Origin: an uncultured Flavobacteriaceae bacterium
GTDB taxonomy: Bacteria; Bacteroidota; Bacteroidia; Flavobacteriales; Flavobacteriaceae
Length of the DNA: 37,543 nt
Assembly: GCA_964650425.1 (NCBI GenBank)
Contig: CAZYRG010000007.1
Coordinates: 1-37,543 of the forward strand
Direction: 5' to 3'
The position numbers and the translations under genes were made by a program. Position 1 is the first letter of the stretch. Each line of letters begins with the position of its first letter. Below, one piece after another: positions 8,582 to 18,369 of the stretch. A model generated the notes under the pieces. The model was given only the letters and a program-made list of their open reading frames with translations, did no database searches and was not told where the DNA came from.

Positions 8582-9487
8582 ATGAAGTTAACAATCCTAG
8601 GATGCTATTCCGCCACGCCACGAACTTTTACAAACCCCACTTCGCAAGTATTAGAGCTTAACAATCATCATTTTTTAATTGATTGTGGGGAAGGAACGCA
8701 AGTACAATTACGTAAGAACAAAGTCAAATTTACTAGAATCAAACACATCTTTATCTCCCATCTACATGGAGATCATTGTTATGGACTTATAGGATTAGTG
8801 TCGACATTTCGGATGCTAAGTAGAGAAGCTCCGCTACATATTTATGGTCCCAAGGGGATTAAAGAAATGATTACGGTGCAGCTCAAGCTATCCAATTCGT
8901 GGACGGATTATCCCTTACATTTTCATGAGCTCACAAGCAAAGAACCACAAGTCATTTTTGAAGATGAAAAAGTTATTGTAACCACTATTCCATTGCAGCA
9001 CAGGATTTATTGTAATGGATTTCATTTTCAAGAAAAACCTGGTGATCGTACCTTGATACTTAGCGCAGCAGTGAATCATAATATCGACAAGGCCTATTTT
9101 CGCTCTATAAAAAAAGGAAAAGATATTACCTTGGATGACGGAACAGTAATCCTTAATAATGAGTTGACCAAAGATCCGGCGCCCACGAAAAGCTATGCAT
9201 TTTGTAGTGATACACGCTATGATGAAGCAAAATTGTCGCAATTACAAGGGATAACTGCACTGTATCACGAAGCAACTTTTTTAGAAAGTCATAAGTATTT
9301 GTGTCAATCTACAGGCCATAGTTCTGCAATAGAGGCGGCAACCATTGCTAAAAAAGCAAATGTAGGAACCTTGATTTTAGGACACTATTCTACGCGATAC
9401 GGAGACTTGTCTTTATTCAAAGAAGAAGCGCGGACGGTTTTTGCTAATGTAGAAGTTGCAGACGATGGAAAAGTGTTTGAGTTCTAA
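8582..9487 (+). CDS. rnz: Ribonuclease Z
   Basis: LIDCGEGTQ, HLHGDH metallo-beta-lactamase motif, HEATF, GHSS and HYSTRY. Confidence 0.95.
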   Translation: MKLTILGCYSATPRTFTNPTSQVLELNNHHFLIDCGEGTQVQLRKNKVKFTRIKHIFISHLHGDHCYGLIGLVSTFRMLSREAPLHIYGPKGIKEMITVQLKLSNSWTDYPLHFHELTSKEPQVIFEDEKVIVTTIPLQHRIYCNGFHFQEKPGDRTLILSAAVNHNIDKAYFRSIKKGKDITLDDGTVILNNELTKDPAPTKSYAFCSDTRYDEAKLSQLQGITALYHEATFLESHKYLCQSTGHSSAIEAATIAKKANVGTLILGHYSTRYGDLSLFKEEARTVFANVEVADDGKVFEF

Positions 9488-9548
9488 CTTTTGTCAACAG
9501 GATTCGGATTTTTTGGACGAAACCTGTACCTTGCAGTAAAGCTTGGTA

Positions 9549-10196
9549 ATGGACAAAAAGTTGCATGACTATAGAAAATCCTATGAGAAAAATGCTTTGA
9601 TAGAAGCGCAAATTTCTGAAAACCCCTATTCATTGTTTACAGATTGGTTCAAAGAAGTCGAAGCAGATGGAGGAGTAGAAGAACCTAATGCGATGACATT
9701 AACAACGATAGGTTTGGATGGGTATCCTAAGGCGAGGATCGTGTTACTGAAGTCGTATAACGAGGATGGATTTGTATGTTATACGAATTATAATTCTGAA
9801 AAAGGAACAGCAATAGCACAGAATCATCAGGTGGGACTTTCTTTTTTTTGGCCTAACTTAGAACGTCAAGTAATTATAAAGGGATTGGCAGAAAAAATTT
9901 CTGAAAAAGAAAGTACAGCCTATTACCATTCGCGTCCTCGAGGAAGTCAATTGGGTGCTTGGGCATCAGATCAAAGTACAGAAATCTCCTCTAGAGAAGT
10001 TTTGGAAGAACGGTTACAACAATTGGAAAAAACGTATAGAGAAGGAATGGAAATTCCAAAACCTCCAAATTGGGGAGGTTATCGTATTGTGCCAACTGCC
10101 ATGGAATTTTGGCAAGGACGCCCCAATCGTTTACACGATAGAATTTATTATGAACGTGTCCATGACGAATGGGCCTATAAAAGACTAGCTCCTTGA
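9549..10196 (+). CDS. pdxH: Pyridoxine/pyridoxamine 5'-phosphate oxidase
   Basis: ARIVLLK, YTNYNSEKG, SRPRGSQLGAWAS and EFWQGRPNRLHDR. ATG at 9549 chosen over TTG at 9543. Confidence 0.95.
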   Translation: MDKKLHDYRKSYEKNALIEAQISENPYSLFTDWFKEVEADGGVEEPNAMTLTTIGLDGYPKARIVLLKSYNEDGFVCYTNYNSEKGTAIAQNHQVGLSFFWPNLERQVIIKGLAEKISEKESTAYYHSRPRGSQLGAWASDQSTEISSREVLEERLQQLEKTYREGMEIPKPPNWGGYRIVPTAMEFWQGRPNRLHDRIYYERVHDEWAYKRLAP

Positions 10197-10227
10197 AGAA
10201 CTAATTAAAACTAAAAATCCTACTATT

Positions 10228-10710
10228 ATGAAAACACTATATCTTGTTCGGCATGCCAAATCTTCATGGGAGTTCAATATAGATGATCATCAACGACCTT
10301 TGAACGAACGAGGGTATAAAGATGCAGAAAAAGTAGGGTTACATCTGGCATCACAAAAACTTCCCATAGAAAAAGTGTTGAGTAGTGACGCTAATCGCGC
10401 TAAGACTACCGCAACTATTGTAACTGGTTTGATGAATATAGACGAGACACTTGTTCGTATGGAGCCTAAGCTTTATGATTTTTCGGGTGGTAAAGTAGTA
10501 GAAATGATTAAAAATTGTGAAAATACGATTAATCATTTGATGGTTTTTGGACATAATCATGCATTTACGACTATTGCCAATCAATATGGTAGTGAGGTAA
10601 TTGGCAATGTGCCTACGTCTGGTGTTGTTGCTATCCAGTTTGATGTAGATCACTGGAGTGATATAAATAAAGGAAAAACAGTATTTACGGTGGTTCCAAA
10701 AGCCTTGTAA
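10228..10710 (+). CDS. sixA: SixA-family phosphohistidine phosphatase
   Basis: LVRHAKS histidine-phosphatase motif, RPLNERG, SSDANRA and FGHN. Confidence 0.85.
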   Translation: MKTLYLVRHAKSSWEFNIDDHQRPLNERGYKDAEKVGLHLASQKLPIEKVLSSDANRAKTTATIVTGLMNIDETLVRMEPKLYDFSGGKVVEMIKNCENTINHLMVFGHNHAFTTIANQYGSEVIGNVPTSGVVAIQFDVDHWSDINKGKTVFTVVPKAL

Positions 10711-10712
10711 GA

Positions 10713-12818
10713 ATGATCAAAACAATTAAAAACGAATATATAAATAGAGAGTTAAGTTGGTTGCAATTTAACGCAAGAGTACTGCAAGAAGCGGCAGATG
10801 AAAATGTACCACTTTTGGAACGCTTAAGGTTTGTAGGGATCTTTTCAAATAACTTGGACGAATTTTTCAAGGTACGTTATGCTACCATAAAAAGAATTGA
10901 TCAAGCAGGGAAAAGGGGGAAAAGTGAACTTGGAGGATGGAAAGCTAGTGAGCTTTTAGAACAAATCACCAAAATTGTGATCAAGCAGCAATCAGAGAGC
11001 TTGAAGATTATTAGCACCATAAAAATGCGATTGGAGCAGCATGATATTTTTGTAATTAATGAAAAAGAGGTTACTCCAGATCAAGATACTTTTATTCGGA
11101 ATTATTTTATCTCTAAGGTCAGTCCTGCACTCATGGCTTTTATGCTCAATGATTTGGACGAATTCCCGCAACTCAAAGATAGTGCGGCCTATTTGGCCGT
11201 TAAGCTAACTCTCAAAAAAGAGCCCATAAGTAAAAATCCGATTTCGGCGATTTTGAAATCCCAAGCTCCCGAAAAAGTGTATGCGCTCATCGAAATACCG
11301 AAAAATATTGATCGGTTTGTGGTGTTACCAGCTAAAGAAGGGAAACATTTTGTGATTCTATTAGATGATTTGATCCGCTATTGTATGCAGATCATTTTTA
11401 ATATTTTTGATTATGAAAGTGTCACTGCACACATGATCAAAATTACCCGAGATGCACAGTTAGATATCGATAGTGATTTGAGTAAAAGTTTTATCGAGAA
11501 AATATCAAGCAGTGTGCAATCCAGAAGAGATGGAGAGCCCGTTCGCTTCGTATATGATAAAGAAATTGACAAAGATACCTTGCAGTTTTTGATGGATAAA
11601 ATGGGGATTGATAATACGGATAGTATTATTCCAGGAGGTCGCTATCATAACAGAAGGGATTATATGAATTTCCCAATGTTAAAGGATGGGATACTTACCT
11701 ATAAACCCTTAAAGGCGTTAGATATTCAAGGACTGAGTTTGCATAAGAGTTTGTTGGAAACTATTTCTAAAAAAGATTTTTTACAGTACACGCCCTATCA
11801 TACATTCTCGTACACGGTTAAATTCCTTAGAGAATCTGCTTTAGATCCGAAGGTAAAAACAATCAAAATTACCATTTATAGATTGGCATCGATTTCTCAT
11901 ATTGCCAGTTCGTTGATTAACGCTGTCAAGAATGGGAAAAAAGTTACGGTTTCTATAGAGTTACAAGCACGGTTTGATGAGAAGGCAAATATCCGTTATG
12001 CAGAACGCATGCAGCGAGAAGGCGTACAGTTAATTTTTGGAGTTCCTGGACTCAAAGTGCATTGCAAAGCATGTGTAATAGAACGAGAAGAAGCAGGTAA
12101 ACTAAAGCGTTACGGCTTTATCAGTACTGGGAATTTTAATGAGTCTACAGCCAAGGTATATACTGATTACACTTTGTTTACCGCCAATGAATCTTTGCTG
12201 AAAGAAGTAAACAAAGTATTTAAGTTTTTTGAGATTAATTATAAAGTAAGTAGGTATAAACATTTACTAGTATCACCACATTATACCCGCTCATCACTAG
12301 TAAAATTGATAGATAAAGAGATCGAAAATTCTACAATGGGCTTAGCAGCCGGAATTCGTCTTAAACTAAATAGCCTTAGTGATCGTGATATGATTGATAA
12401 GTTATATGAGGCAAGTAATGCAGGAGTAAAAATTCAGCTGATCATTAGAGGAATCTGCTGTTTGGTTCCTGAGACTCCAGGAATGAGCGAAAATATAGAG
12501 GTCATAAGTATTGTGGATAAATTTTTGGAACACCCTAGACTTTATATATTTCATAACAATGGAAATTCCAAAGTATATATATCTTCGGCGGATTGGATGA
12601 CGCGTAATTTGGATAGAAGAGTAGAAATTTCCTGTCCTATTTATGACGATGATATCAAACAAGAATTGATTGATACCTATAATATTTGTTGGAGTGATAA
12701 TGTAAAGGCAAGAACGTTGTCCGAAAAACAGGATAATGCTTATGTTCGTAATGAAGCACCCAAAGTACGCTCACAGATTAAGACCTATGAGTATTATTTA
12801 CAAAAACTAAAAAGCTAG
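10713..12818 (+). CDS. ppk1: Polyphosphate kinase 1
   Basis: NRELSWLQFNARVL, NNLDEFF, ARFDE, KVHCK, STGNFNE, FLEHPR and SADWMTRNLDRRVE. Confidence 0.97.
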   Translation: MIKTIKNEYINRELSWLQFNARVLQEAADENVPLLERLRFVGIFSNNLDEFFKVRYATIKRIDQAGKRGKSELGGWKASELLEQITKIVIKQQSESLKIISTIKMRLEQHDIFVINEKEVTPDQDTFIRNYFISKVSPALMAFMLNDLDEFPQLKDSAAYLAVKLTLKKEPISKNPISAILKSQAPEKVYALIEIPKNIDRFVVLPAKEGKHFVILLDDLIRYCMQIIFNIFDYESVTAHMIKITRDAQLDIDSDLSKSFIEKISSSVQSRRDGEPVRFVYDKEIDKDTLQFLMDKMGIDNTDSIIPGGRYHNRRDYMNFPMLKDGILTYKPLKALDIQGLSLHKSLLETISKKDFLQYTPYHTFSYTVKFLRESALDPKVKTIKITIYRLASISHIASSLINAVKNGKKVTVSIELQARFDEKANIRYAERMQREGVQLIFGVPGLKVHCKACVIEREEAGKLKRYGFISTGNFNESTAKVYTDYTLFTANESLLKEVNKVFKFFEINYKVSRYKHLLVSPHYTRSSLVKLIDKEIENSTMGLAAGIRLKLNSLSDRDMIDKLYEASNAGVKIQLIIRGICCLVPETPGMSENIEVISIVDKFLEHPRLYIFHNNGNSKVYISSADWMTRNLDRRVEISCPIYDDDIKQELIDTYNICWSDNVKARTLSEKQDNAYVRNEAPKVRSQIKTYEYYLQKLKS

Positions 12819-12821
12819 ATT

Positions 12822-13721
12822 TTGTTGAAAATTGAAAAATATGGAGCCATAGATATTGGTTCAAACGCCGTACGTTTATTAATAAGTAGCGTGATTCAGG
12901 AACAGGGCAAAGAAGCACGTTTCAAGAAGACCAGCTTAGTTAGGGTTCCCATCCGTTTGGGAGCAGATGTATTTGTAAATAAACGTGTTTCTGAAGCAAA
13001 TATAGAGCGTATGTTAGATACTATGCAGGCCTATCATTTGTTGATGAAAACGCATAAAGTAACTACCTATAAAGCTTGTGCAACCTCTGCGATGCGTAAT
13101 GCAGAAAATGGGGTGGAATTAGTGACTATGATTCGTGAAAAGACGGGTATAGAAATTAATGTTATTGATGGAGAAGATGAGGCAGCTATAATTGCAATGA
13201 CAGATCTCACAGAATTGATTAATACCGAAGGAACTTATCTATATGTAGATGTTGGAGGAGGGAGTACCGAGTTTACACTTTACCATAGAGGAAAAACGAT
13301 TGCTTCAGAATCTTTTCGTTTAGGAACGGTGCGTTTGTTGAATAATCTGGTGGTGGATACCTATTGGGAAAAAGTGCAAAAATGGATCGAAAAAGTCACA
13401 AAACCGTATAGCCATATTGCACTTATTGGTTCTGGTGGTAATATCAATAATATATTCAAAAATAGTGGGAAACGTATGGGAAAACCCTTATCGTTTTTCT
13501 ATTTAAGTTCGTATTATCAGTTGCTTAGTTCTCTTACCTATGAAGAACGTATTTGGCAATTAAATTTGAATCAAGATAGGGCAGATGTTATTGTACATGC
13601 GGCAAGGATCTACCTCTCTGCTATGAAATGGAGTGGTGCTCGAGAAATTTATGTACCAAAGATTGGATTGTCTGATGGAATTATCAAGTCTTTGTATAAT
13701 GAACAACGACAATCTTATTAA
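12822..13721 (+). CDS. ppx: Exopolyphosphatase, Ppx/GppA family (short form, no HD domain)
   Basis: IDIGSNAVRL, ATSAMR, DVGGGSTE and DRADVI; TTG start 3 bp after ppk1. Confidence 0.9.
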   Translation: MLKIEKYGAIDIGSNAVRLLISSVIQEQGKEARFKKTSLVRVPIRLGADVFVNKRVSEANIERMLDTMQAYHLLMKTHKVTTYKACATSAMRNAENGVELVTMIREKTGIEINVIDGEDEAAIIAMTDLTELINTEGTYLYVDVGGGSTEFTLYHRGKTIASESFRLGTVRLLNNLVVDTYWEKVQKWIEKVTKPYSHIALIGSGGNINNIFKNSGKRMGKPLSFFYLSSYYQLLSSLTYEERIWQLNLNQDRADVIVHAARIYLSAMKWSGAREIYVPKIGLSDGIIKSLYNEQRQSY

Positions 13722-13893
13722 AAGTGCAATAATTTTTTAGAACAATAACTTTTTGAATAGTATAGGCATAAACACTTTAACGGATTTGCTTGATTTTAGA
13801 CGATTCTATGGTTTTTACATAGGAATTTAGCGGTTTTTATATTTTGAATTTTGATTACTTTGTAGTAAACTTGTTATAACTAACATAAATCTT

Positions 13894-14481
13894 ATGAAAA
13901 ATAATTTACTCTTTTCGTTACTAACATTTTTTTTGGCTTCAGGGCTGTTACAGGCTCAAGGTTTAGAATCACGCTATGGTTTTAGAGTAGGGGTGAATTA
14001 TAGTAGTATAGTTAGTGATAATTTTGATTTAATTGCCGCTGGATTAGAAATTTCGCAGGATAATATCGAAGAAAGTAGATTTGGTGCTACGGCTGGTTTC
14101 TTTGCCGAGTATCCTTTATCGGAACTCATAAGCATTCAACCAGAATTACAATATTCTACCCAAGGAAATCTAAATCAAGAATTGCGGTTAAATTATTTGC
14201 AACTCCCAGTATTTCTAAAAATAAATATTTCAGAAATGTTTAACATACATTTAGGACCACAGGCTGGACTTAAGGCATGGGAATGGGAACGTAATGAAGA
14301 TTATAACACTTTTGAATTCTCAGCGATAGGCGGTTTAGGAATTAACATTACTGATAGTTTCTTTGCGGACCTTCGCTATTCCTATGGTTTTACAAATATT
14401 TTTGAAGAAATCGAAGGATCTCCAATTCAGTTAGAAGGTAATAATACCTATATTCAATTTACCATAGGGTATCGATTATAA
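13894..14481 (+). CDS. Outer membrane beta-barrel (porin/PorT-like) family protein
   Basis: Signal peptide, YGFRVGVNYS, IQPELQYSTQG, YLQLPV, DLRYSYG, C-terminal IGYRL. Confidence 0.85.
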   Translation: MKNNLLFSLLTFFLASGLLQAQGLESRYGFRVGVNYSSIVSDNFDLIAAGLEISQDNIEESRFGATAGFFAEYPLSELISIQPELQYSTQGNLNQELRLNYLQLPVFLKINISEMFNIHLGPQAGLKAWEWERNEDYNTFEFSAIGGLGINITDSFFADLRYSYGFTNIFEEIEGSPIQLEGNNTYIQFTIGYRL

Positions 14482-14505
14482 TTAATTCTCTCTATTAGAT
14501 AAAAC

Positions 14506-14533
14506 AAAATCCCGTTCGTAAACGGGATTTTTT
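14506..14533 (+). terminator. Intrinsic terminator
   Basis: AAAATCCCGTT-cgta-AACGGGATTTT then a T-run, after the porin gene. Confidence 0.85.
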
Positions 14534-14614
14534 GTTTTTATATTAACGCTATCTTGCAATGCTAATTCGCAGCTTTTTGCTAATTTGCCAATCACAAAAA
14601 ATAGTTCTATTGAA

Positions 14615-15070
14615 ATGAAAATAACAGCAAGGAAACTTAACATTTTCGCATTTTTTAACCTACCATCTGCTTGGCTTTGTGGAGTGCGCGTAAAAAGCGT
14701 CACGGAGCATAACTGTACAGTCAGTGTCAAGCACCGATGGATGAATCAAAACCCTTTCAAATCCATATATTTTGCGGTACAGGCAATGGCGGCAGAGCTT
14801 AGCACTGGAGCGATGGTGATTGGGCATATTGATGAATGCGGACACAAAGTATCTATGTTGGTTGCTAATAATAATGCATCGTTTACCAAAAAAGCTACGG
14901 GCAGGATCAATTTTGTGTGTAATGATGGACATTTGATCACGGATGCCCTAGAAAGGACCATAGCAACGGGAGAAGGGCAAACCTTTTGGATGAAGACCGT
15001 GGGCACCAATAAAGACGGAGTGGTTGTTTCGACATTTAATTTTGAGTGGACTGTCCGATTAAAGAAATAA
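14615..15070 (+). CDS. DUF4442 / hotdog-fold thioesterase-like protein
   Basis: LPSAWLCGVRV, WMNQNPFKSIYFA, AAELSTG and FTKKATGRINF. ATG at 14615 preferred to TTG at 14585. Confidence 0.8.
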   Translation: MKITARKLNIFAFFNLPSAWLCGVRVKSVTEHNCTVSVKHRWMNQNPFKSIYFAVQAMAAELSTGAMVIGHIDECGHKVSMLVANNNASFTKKATGRINFVCNDGHLITDALERTIATGEGQTFWMKTVGTNKDGVVVSTFNFEWTVRLKK

Positions 15071-15309
15071 AAGGAGACTTTTACTAGTGAACTCATTTAG
15101 ACTTTTCGCTTTTAAGCGAAAATTATTCATTTTTTGATCTTTTGATGGCTTTTTTGAGTTGCATAGCAGCGCTACGGAAGGAAAAAAAGACGATAAAAGG
15201 GCGAAAAAGGAAAATTTTTTAGCAAATGGGAAAAGTCTAAATGAGTTCAGTTTATATCTTTTTATAATCAACTGTTCCAAAACAGTTGAAAAGGTTTTTT
15301 ATTTAGAGC

Positions 15310-15340
15310 TGTAACATTTTCATAAAATTACAGACTTATA
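15310..15340 (+). promoter_or_regulatory. Possible ECF-sigma promoter upstream of the AIM24 gene
   Basis: TGTAAC-N17-GACTTATA resembles AAC/-10 ECF-type promoters. No TAnnTTTG box was seen nearby. Confidence 0.3.
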
Positions 15341-15423
15341 TAGTAAAGGAACCTAGTAATGTCTCATATTTACATGCAGTAGGTTACTATTCATTAATCA
15401 ATAGCAATTAATCAGTTAAAATT

Positions 15424-16218
15424 ATGACAGCACACGAGATAGATTATGAAATCCATGGAGAAGAAATGCAATATGTTGAGATCGAATTAGATCCACAAGA
15501 AGGCGTTATTGCCGAAGCAGGAAGCTTTATGATGATGGAAGATGGGATCAAAATGGATACCATCTTTGGAGATGGTTCCCAGAATGACAAAGGTCTTATG
15601 GGGAAACTCTTTGGAGCGGGTAAACGCTTATTGACAGGAGAGAGTTTGTTTATGACCGCATTTCATAACATTATCGATCGCAAACTGAAATTAAGTTTTG
15701 CCAGCCCCTATCCAGGGAAAATAATGCCTATAGATCTTACGAAATACGGGAATAAGTTTATCTGTCAAAAGGATGCTTTTCTATGTGCCGCCAAAGGAGT
15801 TTCTGTCGGCATAGAATTTTCGAGAAAATTAGGTAGAGGACTATTTGGAGGTGAAGGATTTATCATGCAAAAATTAGAAGGCGATGGTATGGCATTTGTT
15901 CATGCGGGAGGTACTACAGCAAGAAAAGAATTGCAAGCTGGAGAAAAATTAAAAGTAGATACAGGATGTATCATTGGTTTTTCTAAAGATGTGCATTATG
16001 ATATCGAATTTGTTGGAGGTATCAAAAACACCATATTTGGAGGAGAAGGCTTATTTTTTGCTACGTTAACTGGGCCAGGAGTGGTTTATATACAATCATT
16101 ACCATTTAGTCGCTTAGCAAATCGCGTATTGGCATTGGCTCCAAGAGCGGGAGGAAGCAGCAAAGGAGAAGGAAGTATTTTAGGTGGACTAGGAGATCTA
16201 TTGGATGGTGATAGATAA
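15424..16218 (+). CDS. TIGR00266 / AIM24 family protein
   Basis: HEIDYEIHGEEMQYVEIELDP, AEAGS, TGESLF, repeated FGGEG and QSLPFSRLA. Confidence 0.9.
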   Translation: MTAHEIDYEIHGEEMQYVEIELDPQEGVIAEAGSFMMMEDGIKMDTIFGDGSQNDKGLMGKLFGAGKRLLTGESLFMTAFHNIIDRKLKLSFASPYPGKIMPIDLTKYGNKFICQKDAFLCAAKGVSVGIEFSRKLGRGLFGGEGFIMQKLEGDGMAFVHAGGTTARKELQAGEKLKVDTGCIIGFSKDVHYDIEFVGGIKNTIFGGEGLFFATLTGPGVVYIQSLPFSRLANRVLALAPRAGGSSKGEGSILGGLGDLLDGDR

Positions 16219-16531
16219 CACTATTACGATGATGTTTTCTATGCATAAATAGTAATAATGTATTCAAAAACATATGATTAGATTTAACATGGTTTTAGGG
16301 AAGGTTAATTTATGTTAATTTTTTTTAATTTTTAAAAACACCTAAAGCATTGGTTAGGAATAAGTTTAGGTTTGTTGGTGGTGTTTTTGTTTAAAATTTT
16401 TAGATGTTAAATATACAAAGTTGTATATTTTTTTATATATTGAATACGTTTTAACGATAAAAGCATACCATATAGCAGGTAAAAGCGCTTTTGTTTTGAA
16501 CTTAAATAAACTTAAAAAACGATATCAAATT

Positions 16532-16729
16532 ATGTCAAGAGCAATGTTTGATTACACCAAAACTGTTTTGAAAAAAGTAAGTTTTGACGTGAATCTCTTC
16601 ACCAAAGAGGTTCAAAAAGCCCTCAAAAGATTATTGCCACATGAGATAGAAGAATTGAAGATTTGGATTCAATCTTTGACGGCTAAACAACCAGAATTAG
16701 AACAATGTTTAATTTATCTAAAACCATAA
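16532..16729 (+). CDS. Small conserved hypothetical protein (65 aa)
   Basis: MSRAMFDYTKTVLKKVSFDVNLFTKE... resembles a conserved Bacteroidota small protein. ATG at 16532 preferred; a terminator follows directly. Confidence 0.75.
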   Translation: MSRAMFDYTKTVLKKVSFDVNLFTKEVQKALKRLLPHEIEELKIWIQSLTAKQPELEQCLIYLKP

Positions 16730-16755
16730 AAAAGCGACCTTCGGGTCGCTTTTTT
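16728..16755. terminator. Bidirectional intrinsic terminator with cUUCGg tetraloop
   Basis: AAAAAAGCGACC-TTCG-GGTCGCTTTTTT between convergent genes. Confidence 0.92.
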
Positions 16756-16777
16756 AGTGATGCTATTTATTGCAGTA

Positions 16778-17719
16778 CTATGTAGAAGGCAGAGGGCTAA
16801 TAATATTCACATCTTGAAAAGCAATAGCCCCTTTGATGATAGCCGTAATTGTTGTACGAAGTGCTTCTGTAATATGTCCTTTGAGTTCATTTTTATTAAA
16901 TATCAAACTGACCTCTCTCGCAGGAGAAGGCTCATTAAAATGGCGCAAATGTACCTTTTCCGATGCGTTCATTTCTAGCGTTTGTAAGTAGGGGAGTAGC
17001 GTCATTCCTAAGCCCTCATTGGATAATTTGACAAGCGTTTCAAAACTTCCACTCGCTAATTGAAATTGGTCATCTACAGTATTTCTATTGGACTTACAGA
17101 GATTGATAATTCCGTCTCTAAAACAATGTCCATCTTCTAGTAATAACATTTCATTAATGTCCAAATCACTTACATCTAATTTGTTTTTGACACTCAGTCG
17201 ATGACTTTCTGTAGTATAGGCTACAAAAGGCTCATAATATAATACACGTTCTTTAATATTTTCATTCCCCAGTGGTGTGGCTGCAATAGCCGCATCCAAA
17301 TGTCCTTCTAACAGTTTTTCTACAATCGCTTCGGTATGGAGTTCTTCAATTTTGAGTTTTACTTTAGGATATTTTTTGATAAAACTCTTTAGGAACATCG
17401 GCAATAGGGTAGGCATAACGGTAGGGATGATCCCTAAGCGAAATTCACCACCCACAAATCCTTTTTGTTGATCTACGATGTCTTGTAAACGCTCACTCTC
17501 GCTAATAATGTTTCGCGCTTGATCAATGAGTTTTTTGCCTACCTCGGTTAGCTCAATAGGTTTTTTGCTGCGATCAAAAATAAGGATGTTTAACTCGTCT
17601 TCCAATTTCTGAATTTGCATACTTAGCGTTGGCTGTGTGACATGTACTTTCTTAGCTGCTTTAGTAAAATTCTGATGTTCGGCTACCGCAAGAACGTAAT
17701 AGAGTTGGGTGATAGTCAT
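16778..17719 (-). CDS. oxyR: Hydrogen peroxide-inducible activator OxyR (LysR family)
   Basis: LysR HTH (NFTKAAKKVHVTQPTLSMQIQKLE) and the redox motif LLEDGHCFRDGIINLC with both cysteines. Confidence 0.9.
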   Translation of the reverse strand: MTITQLYYVLAVAEHQNFTKAAKKVHVTQPTLSMQIQKLEDELNILIFDRSKKPIELTEVGKKLIDQARNIISESERLQDIVDQQKGFVGGEFRLGIIPTVMPTLLPMFLKSFIKKYPKVKLKIEELHTEAIVEKLLEGHLDAAIAATPLGNENIKERVLYYEPFVAYTTESHRLSVKNKLDVSDLDINEMLLLEDGHCFRDGIINLCKSNRNTVDDQFQLASGSFETLVKLSNEGLGMTLLPYLQTLEMNASEKVHLRHFNEPSPAREVSLIFNKNELKGHITEALRTTITAIIKGAIAFQDVNIISPLPST

Positions 17720-17771
17720 TTGTAGGGTTTATGGGGTTAAACAAATTGTATTTTAATATATTTAATTTTTT

Positions 17772-18248
17772 TTATATCAGATTATGGATCAATTTTTTGA
17801 AATGAGGATAATATATTCTGCCCCAAATGGGATTTTTTTGAAACTGGAAAATCTCATTTGTATCGGTGTCATATACAATAGGAATGGTAAAACCAGCCCA
17901 TTTTTTTCCTGATTTTAATTCAGTACAATAGGATTTTGCTTCTTCCGTAATGGTATTTGAAAGTAAAATAGTTATTACCCCTAATCCCGATTGAAGCCCT
18001 CGAGGCCATCCAGTATAATTTTTTTTTGAAAACTCAAATGATTCGGATAAGTGATGTTCTATTAAAGAGGTATTGATTTCTGTATCACCAAAATCGCTGA
18101 CCACGATAAAAGTGTTCAATTGTGTCGCTATCCAACTCCATTTAAATTTCTTTTCATACCCAATAACACTGGGTGCTCCACTAATTTTAGTTTCTGAATG
18201 AAAGATCGATGACTTATTCAGTTTTTCTTTTATTGATGTAGTATTCAT
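17772..18248 (-). CDS. Hypothetical protein
   Basis: 158-aa ATG ORF filling the gap, with a conserved-looking GWPRGLQSG and PIWGRIYY; 52 bp upstream of oxyR on the same strand. Confidence 0.75.
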   Translation of the reverse strand: MNTTSIKEKLNKSSIFHSETKISGAPSVIGYEKKFKWSWIATQLNTFIVVSDFGDTEINTSLIEHHLSESFEFSKKNYTGWPRGLQSGLGVITILLSNTITEEAKSYCTELKSGKKWAGFTIPIVYDTDTNEIFQFQKNPIWGRIYYPHFKKLIHNLI

Positions 18249-18276
18249 TTTTATTTTCTGAGAATTTTGTGTTTTA

Positions 18277-18284
18277 CAAAGATA
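18277..18284 (-). promoter_or_regulatory. Putative -7 box (TATCTTTG) for the hypothetical gene and oxyR
   Basis: Plus-strand CAAAGATA, 28 nt upstream of the ATG at 18248. Confidence 0.5.
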
Positions 18285-18369
18285 AAAACACTATCAATAA
18301 TATTTATTAAAAAATAAATAAAAATTTATTTTATCTATTACGCAATTCTTAAGAAAAAGTTGAAATCGT

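Noticed and set aside
16334-16388. Inverted repeat AAAAACACC...GGTGTTTTT in an AT-rich spacer
   Set aside because: The 9-bp arms are low complexity and the loop is long; not enough to call a terminator or sRNA.
16421-16531. N-terminal extension of the small hypothetical protein from a TTG start
   Set aside because: The conserved-looking sequence begins at the ATG at 16532; the upstream part looks like promoter/UTR.
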